From an uncultured Verrucomicrobiae bacterium (GTDB lineage Bacteria; Verrucomicrobiota; Verrucomicrobiia; Chthoniobacterales; JAFAMB01), in contig CAWAIK010000003.1 in the NCBI GenBank assembly GCA_963782115.1, positions 416,001 through 480,000 of the forward strand: a DNA stretch of 64,000 nucleotides, in the 5' to 3' direction. Below the pieces are notes generated by a model that was not told the origin of the DNA, made no database searches, and saw only the letters and a list, made by a program, of their open reading frames with translations. The position numbers and the translations under genes were made by a program. The stretch's first letter is position 1; every line of letters starts with the position of its first letter. Of the stretch, positions 50,979-60,631 are shown piece after piece.

Positions 50979-52784
50979 CTAGAGTATTAGCTGGCGGCTG
51001 ATGGCGCCTCTGTTGCCCAACGGCAAGGTTTGATTCGGTAGAGGCACGTGACTTACTACTCCCTGCTTGACCCCTTCAGTCGAGCGTCGACCTTTTTGTT
51101 TCGCGTTCTGATGCGAAGCACCGGCGGCTGGCAAATGCAGGCGTAAGATTCGTTTTAACTCGCTGATGGTTTGAGGAAGAGCAAAAGAACCATGCGGGCC
51201 GGGCACGATCAATTCCGACTGGGCGCCCGCAAGGTGTGAACTCCAATAAGCGACTACGCCGTCAGAACTGTTGGGCGTATCGCCCCTACCGCGGTCGCCG
51301 ATAATCGAGTGATAGGGTGCACGGATGGCGAGCGTGTCCAGGCCGCGAAGAACAGGATTCTGCGGCGAAAGGCCGTTAATGCCTGTTGGTATCCGCTTAA
51401 GGCCAAGATTTTTTTGGAGTGGTGCGGTGATCACGTTGCTGACCCCGCTCAGCATCTGGCCCGGAAGACGAATGAGCGTAATGCCGATTGAACCGATCCA
51501 GTTGGTCGCCAGATTACTCCCGCGATGCGGGACGCAAATAAACACGATCCTGGCCACCCGGGGATTCGCATCGAAGATCAGTGCCCTCTTGACGACATTA
51601 TCAGGCGGCAGCCTGGCATAGAGGCGATCTGCGTCACCCTTGAACAGGCGATCCCAAAGTGCGCGTCCGGTCGTCACCGCCTGCATCTGGGAAAGCAATC
51701 CGCCCAAGCTGTGGCTAATCAAAACCATGTTCTCTGTTTTGGGATAACGTCGGTACACCTGTGTCAAGCTCTCCCGGAACCTGAGCGCCGACAGCACGAT
51801 AGGGTCGCCGGTCGGGTAGGCGAAAACCCAAAACTGATAGCGGCCGCGTAACGCTGGATCGGACTCGACGGCGGTAACTGTGGGTACCCACATCTGAGGT
51901 ATCGACAATAATCCGTGAACAAAAATCACTGGAATCCGCTCGGGATCATAAGGCTCGAGCATGTATAGCCCAGTCCGTTGCTCGTAGTTTTGCGGACGTA
52001 TCATCGCCATCAACCCGAGTAGCAACCCGGGTTGGGGATAATAGGCGAGCGTAGCGCCGAAATCAGCTGCTAGGGGACGCTGTGCACCTGCCAGCTGGAC
52101 CGCGCTTTTCCTCGTCGGATCATATAAGAAGAGAGTAACGTCACGCGTTCCCGCCATGGCTGTTCTCGATGGTCTGAAATCGAGGATGGCCGTAACAGGG
52201 CAAGCGACACCGACGCGGGGAAGAAAATATTGCCTGGGGTTCGAGGGCTTGTAAACTCCCACCAGCACGCCGCCCCAATCATTAATTCTCGCCTCCTGGT
52301 GAGCAATCTTTTCGTGGACTTGCTTCGGGGTACGGAAGAAATCGAAGTAGCTTGGATCCCAGGTTCCCTCCTGGCGCGAACCGGTCGCAAATTGCAGTCG
52401 ATAAGTGATGTTCCCGACAGGAATCGTCTGGGGCATATCCCAGCGCTCACCGGTGGAGCGTAGTAAAACTGTCACCTCCTGGCATGCGCTGTCATAAATT
52501 GACTGTGCTTCACTTCTATCGCTTGGAGACGAACTGTCCATTGGCTGGAGCGCCCAATCAGCCGCTTCGAGGTAGTAGCCGACGGCAGTCCTTGGGTCGT
52601 TTCGAGTCTTCTGCGCTTGAACCAGGTTCAGCCTGGCATAGTAGACGATCGCTTGGGCGCTTGCGCTTGGCATCCGATCAGTTCCTTGCGCGCCCAAGAC
52701 CGATGCGCCGCCAAAAAGGAAGAGCAATCCAATGATCTTGCCACGCAGGTCGACTGGAAGCGTACGTTTCATAAAAGTGTTCAT
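50979..52784 (-). CDS. Exported alpha/beta hydrolase (esterase/lipase-like)
   Basis: EPYDPERIPVIFVHGL, SHSLGG nucleophile elbow, VPHRGS, SSDGVV.Y.SSH. Confidence 0.88.
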   Translation of the reverse strand: MNTFMKRTLPVDLRGKIIGLLFLFGGASVLGAQGTDRMPSASAQAIVYYARLNLVQAQKTRNDPRTAVGYYLEAADWALQPMDSSSPSDRSEAQSIYDSACQEVTVLLRSTGERWDMPQTIPVGNITYRLQFATGSRQEGTWDPSYFDFFRTPKQVHEKIAHQEARINDWGGVLVGVYKPSNPRQYFLPRVGVACPVTAILDFRPSRTAMAGTRDVTLFLYDPTRKSAVQLAGAQRPLAADFGATLAYYPQPGLLLGLMAMIRPQNYEQRTGLYMLEPYDPERIPVIFVHGLLSIPQMWVPTVTAVESDPALRGRYQFWVFAYPTGDPIVLSALRFRESLTQVYRRYPKTENMVLISHSLGGLLSQMQAVTTGRALWDRLFKGDADRLYARLPPDNVVKRALIFDANPRVARIVFICVPHRGSNLATNWIGSIGITLIRLPGQMLSGVSNVITAPLQKNLGLKRIPTGINGLSPQNPVLRGLDTLAIRAPYHSIIGDRGRGDTPNSSDGVVAYWSSHLAGAQSELIVPGPHGSFALPQTISELKRILRLHLPAAGASHQNAKQKGRRSTEGVKQGVVSHVPLPNQTLPLGNRGAISRQLIL

Positions 52785-52828
52785 TTTGGAAATTTGGGTT
52801 GTGAAAACCCCTTGAAGCATTTCGCCCG

Positions 52829-53584
52829 CTACTGGCCGAGATGCGCCAAGGCGTTGCGCAGCGGAGCGCTGGAGATCTGCATCAGTCCCTGGAAAGGCGT
52901 ATACATCGCCAGGATCAAGAAGATCGCACCTGAAACCGAGAGCGCGCACAGGAATAAGGTGGCGATAACGGTTACGTTGGGAGGAGCGAAGAGGCCAAAG
53001 CTGGTGAAAACAATGGCGAGCCAGAAAACCAGCACCGCCAGCAAGGGTAGGGAGACGGAGGTGTTTCCCTGTTCGAACATCAGCCACCGCAATTTTCCAA
53101 GATCAACAGCCATGTTGGACGCCTGGGCCTTGAGTGCGCGTTGAACATCGTTCTGCGAGGATAGCGCCTGAATTTTATCATAGATAATTTCGCCGCCGGT
53201 CGCTGTGGGTTCCGTTTGGGAAGGTTGTTGAGAGTTTTGGTGCCAGATCAGATTGAGGGAGCGAGCCACGGCGCCGCGCAACAAATCTCGTGCTTCTTTT
53301 GTCTCTGGCCCGTAGTGCGCCAGGGCGCGGTCAAGCAAGATGACATTGGCAGACAACTGCGTCAGGTCGCTGCTCTGCCCGTCGTAGAAATTCTTGGCCG
53401 AAGCGACGAGCAGCCCGAGAACCAGAGCAGCCATGGTGGCGACCATTCCCATCCCCAGCCTTACAGTTTCCTTTGAGTCAGCACTCAAATGACGCTCGGG
53501 CAGAACCGCGCGAAGAAGCATACCGAGGAGCGCGCCTCCGAAAGTGCAAGCGAGCACGAACAATCGGATTACGATGGAATTCAT
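52829..53584 (-). CDS. DUF4239-like membrane protein
   Basis: LPERHLS.DSK, ATMAALVLGLLVASAK, LDRALAHYGPE, PFQGLMQIS. Confidence 0.85.
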   Translation of the reverse strand: MNSIVIRLFVLACTFGGALLGMLLRAVLPERHLSADSKETVRLGMGMVATMAALVLGLLVASAKNFYDGQSSDLTQLSANVILLDRALAHYGPETKEARDLLRGAVARSLNLIWHQNSQQPSQTEPTATGGEIIYDKIQALSSQNDVQRALKAQASNMAVDLGKLRWLMFEQGNTSVSLPLLAVLVFWLAIVFTSFGLFAPPNVTVIATLFLCALSVSGAIFLILAMYTPFQGLMQISSAPLRNALAHLGQ

Positions 53585-53755
53585 GATCAACACTGGTTAA
53601 GACAACAAGCTTAATTGCATTTCGGCCAGCTGCGTTATTGATATCAAGCCACCACTGAAAGGCGAGCCGAAATATCGCCGGGCTGGTCTTCGTTGCTTTT
53701 TGGTTGGGGCGTTCGGCTTCGGCGGCCTTCTTAACCTGAACGCTCAGACCTCGGG

Positions 53756-54373
53756 TCATAACCGCCCAGAATGAACCGACCAGCCAAGGAGCAGCAGACC
53801 AGTTGCGGTGATCCAGCTGCCAACTACGCGGACCGCGACCCGCATCCACGGTCGCTTTAGCCAAATTACAAACGCGGCGACTATTGCCACCGTGACGAAG
53901 AGCGTAGCGACGGCGCCGACGAGATCCAGGGAGCTGGAATGCGTCGGTTGAATGGCCATGCCGTTGAGGCAGCTGTCACAGAACCCAAGAACGACGGCGA
54001 TTGCGGCGACCGTGCCGCGCTTCAGGCGCAAATCTGCCGCCACCAGCGCGCCGGGAATGAGAAACGAAATAGCAGAGATACTTGTAAACGGAGCAGTTTC
54101 GGTTCGGCAGCCGACAAGAGTTCCTATCAGCCAGGCGACACGCAATAAGAACAATGTCAAGCGACCGGCGGCGGCTCCTCGCAGGCCTGCGAAAAGGGCC
54201 AAGGCCAAGATTGGAACCCAGACCTCCGGGCTCAACGCGAGGTGGCTGATGCCGTCGTAAACGGGCCGCAAGCCGGTCGTGACCAGGTGAGCTTCCGATT
54301 TGCTTGGACATAGCACAATTGCTAGGCTCACCCAGAGAGGCCAGTACTGAGTGCCGTGACCGGATTTTCTCAT
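53756..54373 (-). CDS. HupE/UreJ-family protein
   Basis: AHLVTTGL.P.YDGISH..LSPE; RVAVRVVGSWI.A.GLL; several TM segments. Confidence 0.8.
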   Translation of the reverse strand: MRKSGHGTQYWPLWVSLAIVLCPSKSEAHLVTTGLRPVYDGISHLALSPEVWVPILALALFAGLRGAAAGRLTLFLLRVAWLIGTLVGCRTETAPFTSISAISFLIPGALVAADLRLKRGTVAAIAVVLGFCDSCLNGMAIQPTHSSSLDLVGAVATLFVTVAIVAAFVIWLKRPWMRVAVRVVGSWITATGLLLLGWSVHSGRL

Positions 54374-54970
54374 GCGATTGCTCCCCAAACGAAATAAGCA
54401 CCCATCAACGCGATGAAGGCTCCGCCTGCACCCAAGGCGACCTTTCCGATCGGCCCTCGATTGACCAGGCCTAGTGCGATACCTATGGCATGTAGACAGC
54501 CCGTCGCGATTACAAATCCCATGCTGTAGAGCAATCCACTCTGCCCCGGGGGAAGTTCCGTGCCGTGAGCATGCCCGTGGAAAAGACCAAAGCAACCAAC
54601 CAAGGTTAATGCGAAGATCAGCTTCGGACGCGCTTCAGCACAAACTGCCGCTCCAAGGAGTAAGGCGGAAAGGGCAATGCCGAGTTCGACCCCAGGCAAG
54701 CGGATTCCAATCAGTCCGAGAAAGCCATCACCATCGGAAAGGTTACAGGTAAAAGCCAAATGGATGGCGTTCCCAGCTGTGCGCCCCAAATGCCCACGGC
54801 GATCATTGCTAGTATATGATCGGCACCAGACCAGGGGTGTTGGAACCCGGTCACAAATCCAGCAGATGGGCCTTGCTGTGGATGGGCGTCGGCGCATTGC
54901 GCGTGCTGTCATGCTTGAAAGACAAAGCAGCTGGTCCTTGAAACTGTTCGTCAGCCTCCCGATGATGTCG
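54370..54970 (-). pseudogene. HupE/UreJ-family protein, frameshifted
   Basis: GFQHPWSGADHILAMIAVGIWG...LP.TFPMVMAF in one frame, FHGHAHGTELP in another; shift at about 54720; start approximate. Confidence 0.8.
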
Positions 54971-55096
54971 ATGACCTAACCCTCTGGCCTTGTCATTGGC
55001 GGCGTATTTGCCCGCGACGTCCTGAAGGACGCGTTGGCAATTGGCACACGACAGACTACGCCGGAGGACGAACCTCGACATAGCCTGTGACGAGGC

Positions 55097-55574
55097 ATGG
55101 ACGAATTTGGCTCTACTCTCTCTTTTGTTGCTAGTGCAGACGGGGGGCTCGCAATCATCCTTTGGCAAGGCGCTCCCGTCTATCGTCGCATCCTTGGGGT
55201 TTCTGAAGGGCCAAACGCGGAACCCAGAGCGCTGATCCTGGCGACATTGACCGTCGGGTTGATGCCAAGGGGCCTATTGGCTACGCACGGCCATCATTCC
55301 GTCTTTGACGCTTTCGGCCAATGTATTTCTAAGCCACATCGTGCTGTTTGTCGGTCGTCTCAGCTTTCTTTTTGAGACAGCACTCTTTACGGCGGTTATG
55401 TATATTCGGCTTCCCGAATTAGAAAAATCGATTCCGCGGCTTCTCGATCTGGTTTGCTATCAGAATCCCGGTCTAAACGCGGGCGATCCATTTCCCCTCT
55501 GGACTTCTCCACTGAAGGGACGAATGCGCGGCAAGAGCGCCGTCGCCGCGTGCGGTTTTGCTCGGCGCATTTAG
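55097..55574 (+). pseudogene. Degraded hypothetical membrane protein
   Basis: Hydrophobic segments IILWQGAPVYRRIL and NVFLSHIVLFVGRLSFLF lie in different frames. Confidence 0.45.
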
Positions 55575-55589
55575 TGAACGGACCAAGCC

Positions 55590-56040
55590 GAGCTCTCGGC
55601 TTGGCTCTACGTCTTAGGACAGTTTGTCGACCACGACCTTGACCTTGAGGAAACACCACTGACCACCGCCGATTTCAGCATCGTCGTGCCGACAGATCCC
55701 GTTTTCCCGCCGAACACCGTCATCCAAATGACGCGAGACGTCACAAATCCGACAACCAACACGATCGTCAATACGACAGCTGGCTACCTCGACTTGTCCC
55801 GGCTTTACGGATCAGATATCGCCACGGCAGCTTCCTTGCGGAACAGCTGATGGAACGTTGAGGACTTCCGATGGCGGTCAAGCGTTGCCCGTCGTCAACG
55901 ATCAGTTCGTCACCGGCGACCCTCGAGTCATGGAGAACCCAGAGTTAAGCGCCATAACCATCCTGTTTACGCGCGAGCATAACTTCTGGATTTCTCAGCT
56001 CAAAGCGCAGAACCCGACCTGGACTGGGGACCAACTGGGC
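55590..56040 (+). pseudogene. Animal-type heme peroxidase (peroxidase-cyclooxygenase superfamily) fragment
   Basis: LGQFVDHDLD distal-His motif, GYLDLS.LYGS, then after a frameshift GDPRVMENP...FTREHN; truncated at both ends. Confidence 0.85.
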
Positions 56041-56366
56041 GCGCCACTTTTTCGGGCCAGCTTCCAAGGTAAACTACTCGACCTCTCCTACCATCCGGTC
56101 AGGATGCCCCGCTATGACTGCACGCACCCGCTGTGGCTCGCTGTCCTCTTCCAGCCTCCGATCACCTGACGGGTCATCGTGGGCCCAAGACTGAGACGGC
56201 TTGGGAGTCGGGGCTCCAGCAGTCCTCTTGAAATACTACTCGTCTACACGTAAAAAAGCGCCTCACGGAACTTTGTCTAATCGGCGTTCCTTAAAATAGA
56301 TTTCCTACACGGGGGCACCAGCGGGATCCTCATCTGGCGCGTCATCTTTAACGCGCCGCCCCTTCC

Positions 56367-56876
56367 TCACGGCGCCTTGGCGACGACCGTCAATGCCGGC
56401 AAGGTCGGCTCGTGTTCGAGCTCAGACTCAACTTCCACGATGGCGCGCAGCGTCGCGAACGCTGCCTTCAGCTCGCGCATGTCATTAAAACAAAGCTTGG
56501 CGGTGGTGCGGTGATTATACTGCAAGTGACGCTCCATCCCGTTGAGTTCGGTGACTGAGGGTGAGGTTGCCACGATGGTTGCTGGAGTGACGCCATTGGA
56601 TCGGTGCCACTTGAAGTTCGCTTCAAACAGCTCGTGAGCGCGCTTGGTACGATTCTGGAGCAAGGCTTAACGGATAGGATCCGCTGCGCTCTGCGCTGCC
56701 CTGCCAGTGAACAGCATAACCTGCTTCTGCGTAGCGATCTTGGCATCCATCGACTGCAAACGCACCTGGAGCACGTCGAGCGTGGCCCTTGCGGCGATAA
56801 CCATTGGGGTCGCGTCGTCGTGCGACAATGCCTCATCGTTGAGGACGTCGTCCGCGTGCTTAGAACGATTCCTCAA
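56367..56876 (-). pseudogene. Hypothetical protein split by an in-frame TAA
   Basis: ORFs 56667-56876 and 56367-56663 share a frame; start overlaps the DUF502 stop. Confidence 0.55.
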
Positions 56877-57562
56877 TTTTTGGGATGGGATTTATCGTTA
56901 GAAGTCTGTTTGACCGACCCCGAAAAGTATTGAGGAGCCGAGATACCCATGGAGACATAAATACTGGTCAATCCTTCGACTCCGAACGGTGCAGGTTTAA
57001 CCCAGTCGACAGGCACGAAAAATAATGCACCTCCGAATGGCACAGGTGCCGTGGGCACCATGACTACGTGACAACGATGGCTACCGACCAAAAACGTTTC
57101 CGGCGTGGGCAGCAGGGCGAGCACCGCCGTTCTCCCCTCCCCGCCAAAAAAGCAACAGACCGGGCTCATGGTCTTTAAGTCAGTCTGCTCCTTGCGATCG
57201 AGCATCCCAACGAACCGATGCGCTAAATCATAAACGCTTCCGACAAGCGGAATGCGAGTCAGACTTTTATCGACAAAAGCCCGCAGTTGCCTCTCTAAGC
57301 CCGTCTCCACGAACACCCCGAGGCTGTAAACAGCCACAAGCACGACGACAATACCGATCAAGTACGCAGCGATTCGGGTTTCGACAACCTTAAGACCGAT
57401 CGAGGTCAGGACCGTGCCAATAACGCTGTGCGGGCCAACAAATTGATCGACCAGACTTGCGACCCAGATGAATACCGCGACTGTCAATAGGACCGGCAGC
57501 ACCGCAAACAACCCGGCCACGAACGTACGGATCGGGGCGCGAAAAAGTTTATTCATGAGCAC
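56873..57562 (-). CDS. DUF502-domain membrane protein
   Basis: FVAGLFAVLPVLLT, RIPLVGSVY, VPTAP.PFGG, VSMG. Confidence 0.88.
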   Translation of the reverse strand: MLMNKLFRAPIRTFVAGLFAVLPVLLTVAVFIWVASLVDQFVGPHSVIGTVLTSIGLKVVETRIAAYLIGIVVVLVAVYSLGVFVETGLERQLRAFVDKSLTRIPLVGSVYDLAHRFVGMLDRKEQTDLKTMSPVCCFFGGEGRTAVLALLPTPETFLVGSHRCHVVMVPTAPVPFGGALFFVPVDWVKPAPFGVEGLTSIYVSMGISAPQYFSGSVKQTSNDKSHPKN

Positions 57563-58443
57563 AAAATAGGCACATCAGGGTCGCGGCGAAAAATACTTAG
57601 GTCGTATCCAATATTCAAGATTCGCTGCAGCGAACCCAATGCGCCCCGTCGATACTCTTTTCTACCAGATGTTTACTACTGGCGATGCGCGCACCCAAGC
57701 ACCAGTCTGCGGCGCGTCCCGAAGGGTGACGAAAATGGGTAGGGGCGCGGTCCAGCGCCTCCGGGTTGGAGGGTTCCTTAACGATTTGGATTCTGATGAA
57801 AAAGCGCAAATTTGCGACGGCACATCAGAGAGAGGGATCACAAAAATGGCACGGTGGTCAGAGAAGGTCACGAAGGTTTTAGATGAGTAAGCAAAAGCTC
57901 CGGCTTTTGCCCCGACCGATTTATTACTGTTGGACATCAAGGCGGCAAACACGGTCACTGCCCTAAACAAACTCTTCAACTTGTGTCAAGGCAATGTCAC
58001 TCCCCGCGCTGCTCGGCACCCGCGCTGTTCTATAGCAAGCGTTTTGCAATGATCGCGTAGTGTTTCTCGTGGCGCTCTGATGCCAGCGCTTCTCATGTTT
58101 GGCGAAGACTCTCTCAGCTCACGCTTGACGGTGGAGTCGCTTCCAACGCAGAATGCCTCTGCGAATGAATTCCAGAAGCCCCTTCCCAGACGATAAACGT
58201 TCGGATAACTCCGCTTTGGGCATGATATCCGAAAATCATAGAAAGACTTTGGCCGGCGGTGGACTTCGACCCCGCCGGCGAATGCCTGCTGGTTATCGCT
58301 CCGTGGAAGGAGCGCTCCTAGTGCCAGTCGCCTCTTGGGTTGAAACGACCGCGTCGCTTGGTTGGTGTCGTTGACGATTAGCAACCTTGCCAAAACAAAA
58401 CGGAAAAAGGACACGGGGAACGAAAGTGCAGGCCAGTCGAAGT

Positions 58444-58929
58444 ATGACGATCACCGAGGCTGATGTGAACGCCGCCCAGAAGGCGTGGTGCGATGCCCTG
58501 ATAACGATCGGTCAGGTCTATAGCGAGGGCGGGGACTACAAGGCGGTTGCCGACCGGCTCATCGATGACCTTTACAACTACAAGGATGGCACGGTGTTCT
58601 TCAAGCCCACGCTTGCATTTGGCGCGAACGCCTTCCGGAGCACGAAGGAAGGCGCACTCTCCTATTTCATCGCCGATAACCCGAACTTTCCGGAGGATAC
58701 GGGCTTCGCGCTGAAGCGCTGGGTGAAGGTGCGCTATGACAACAACGCGGCGGAGAACGGCATCCAGATCCATGGCGACATCGCCATCACGATGGGTAAC
58801 TTCTATCTGACTAACAGTGAGGGCAAGGAGATCATGGTCGAGAAGACGTTGGTGTTCCGGCGGTGCAGCGACGGCAAGTTGCGGCTCTGCGCGCACAAAT
58901 CCGCACTGCCATACGACCCCGCGAAGTGA
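58444..58929 (+). CDS. Iota-class (COG4337-like) carbonic anhydrase homologue, HKSA variant
   Basis: AQKAW...I, Y.Y..G.VFFKPTLA, ALSYF, FPEDTGFAL..W, A.TMGN, V.KT, GKLR...HKSALPY. Confidence 0.8.
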   Translation: MTITEADVNAAQKAWCDALITIGQVYSEGGDYKAVADRLIDDLYNYKDGTVFFKPTLAFGANAFRSTKEGALSYFIADNPNFPEDTGFALKRWVKVRYDNNAAENGIQIHGDIAITMGNFYLTNSEGKEIMVEKTLVFRRCSDGKLRLCAHKSALPYDPAK

Positions 58930-58975
58930 CGTCCGCAACGCCGACGGGCAAGAGATCACGTGATTACGCAAAACC

Positions 58976-60631
58976 ATGAGCGTGAGCGATGATCCTCGGG
59001 TCCCAGCGGCGTCCTGGAACGTACGCGGCGATTTCTTCGGCGGCGTGGCGGCTGGCGTCGTAGCGCTGCCGCTGGCGCTCGCCTTCGGCGTCGCTTCGGG
59101 ATTGGGGCCAGTGGCGGGCCTTTACGGCGCCATCGCAACCGGCATCGTCGCGGCGGCGTTTGGGGGCACGCCTGTGCAGATCAGCGGCCCAACGGGGCCG
59201 ATGACGCTGGTCGTGGCCGGCATCGTGGCGACGAACACTCTTCCTTCCGGCGCGGTGAACCTTCCTGGCGTTGTGGCGATTATTGTTCTCGCCGGTCTGT
59301 TGCAGATCGCTCTCGGGCTGTTCCGGATCGGCGCCTACATCCGCTACGTTCCCTACCCCGTCATCTCCGGGTTCATGAGCGGCATCGGGGTAATCATCAT
59401 CCTTCAACAGCTGTTCCCGATGCTGGGCGCGGAGCCGCCGTCTTCGGAGCCGTTGTCGATCCTCCGCCAGTTGCATCTGCTGGGCGGCAACATGAAATGG
59501 GCCGCCGTAGCCTTATCCGCCTTGACCATCGCGACGGCTTTCATACTTCCGCGATTCACGAAAGCGGTTCCAGCCTCGCTCGTTGCCCTGGTGGCGCTGA
59601 CGACACTGGCGGTGTTGCTGGGGCTTGAAGTTTCGGTGATCGGCAAGATACCGTCAGGGCTGCCGAGCCTGGTGATGCCATCGCTCGACTTTCAGCGACT
59701 GCCGTTGCTGATGGCAGCCGCGGTACAGCTCGCGTTCCTTGGGGCAATCGACTCGCTTCTGACGTCTCTCGTCTCCGACAACCTAACGCGCACGCAGCAC
59801 GACAGCAATCGCGAGCTCGTCGGACAGGGTTTGGGAAACATCGCCGCCGGTCTGATCGGCGGCATTCCCGGCGCCGGTGCCACCATGCGCACCGTCCTCA
59901 ACGTCGAGGCCGGTGGGCGAAGCCGCTTGTCGGGTGTGATCCATGGCCTCTTTCTCGCCGCCGTGCTGCTCGGCCTGTCGGACCTCGTCCAGCATGTTCC
60001 CCACGCGGTCCTTGCAGGTCTGCTCGTTGCCGTCGGGATTGGCATCATTGACTATCGTGGCATTAGGCATCTCCTTAAGGTGCCTCGGTCGGATGCGTTC
60101 CTGATGCTCTTTGTGCTCGTGCTAACCGTATTCACCAATCTGATCATCGCGGTGGCTGCCGGCCTCATCGTGGCGTCGTTCGTCTTCATGAAGAAGGTGA
60201 GCGACATCACGGAACGGCAGACGACGCTCACGCCGGTCGCCGATGAACCTTGGGCGGATGAACTGACCATCCCGGGCACGATCCGCAACAAGCTCTTAAT
60301 CAAGCACGTCGATGGGCCGCTCTTCTTCGGTTTTGCAGGCCAGTTTCTCGACCTCGCCCGTCAGGCGGCAGCCCAAAGCAGACTCCTGGTTCTCCGGATG
60401 GACCGCATCTCCTACATGGATCAGACAGGCGTCTATGCACTGAAAGATGCGCTGACGAGACTGCACGCGGCCGGGGTGCGCGTGCTGGTGGTGGGCCTTT
60501 CCGTGGCCCACCTCGATCTTCTCGAGAAGCTGGAGGTGATCCCATCGGTCGTTCCCGAATCCGACGTCTTCAGCGACTTCGACGCATTGAAGAAGGCGCT
60601 GCATCGGGGAGATGGAGGCGAAATCGGATGA
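58976..60631 (+). CDS. SulP/SLC26 anion transporter, BicA-like, with STAS domain
   Basis: VALPLALAFGVASG, QISGPTGPM, LGAIDSLLT, GAGATMRT..N, GPLFFGFA STAS. Confidence 0.93.
   Translation: MSVSDDPRVPAASWNVRGDFFGGVAAGVVALPLALAFGVASGLGPVAGLYGAIATGIVAAAFGGTPVQISGPTGPMTLVVAGIVATNTLPSGAVNLPGVVAIIVLAGLLQIALGLFRIGAYIRYVPYPVISGFMSGIGVIIILQQLFPMLGAEPPSSEPLSILRQLHLLGGNMKWAAVALSALTIATAFILPRFTKAVPASLVALVALTTLAVLLGLEVSVIGKIPSGLPSLVMPSLDFQRLPLLMAAAVQLAFLGAIDSLLTSLVSDNLTRTQHDSNRELVGQGLGNIAAGLIGGIPGAGATMRTVLNVEAGGRSRLSGVIHGLFLAAVLLGLSDLVQHVPHAVLAGLLVAVGIGIIDYRGIRHLLKVPRSDAFLMLFVLVLTVFTNLIIAVAAGLIVASFVFMKKVSDITERQTTLTPVADEPWADELTIPGTIRNKLLIKHVDGPLFFGFAGQFLDLARQAAAQSRLLVLRMDRISYMDQTGVYALKDALTRLHAAGVRVLVVGLSVAHLDLLEKLEVIPSVVPESDVFSDFDALKKALHRGDGGEIG

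Noticed and set aside
52785..53087. N-terminal extension of the 702-aa hydrolase ORF
   Set aside because: Overlaps the DUF4239 gene; the signal peptide begins after about 52784
58150..58330. GC hairpin upstream of the CA gene as a riboswitch
   Set aside because: Only a single stem (GCCGGCGG...CCGCCGGC); no aptamer consensus recognised
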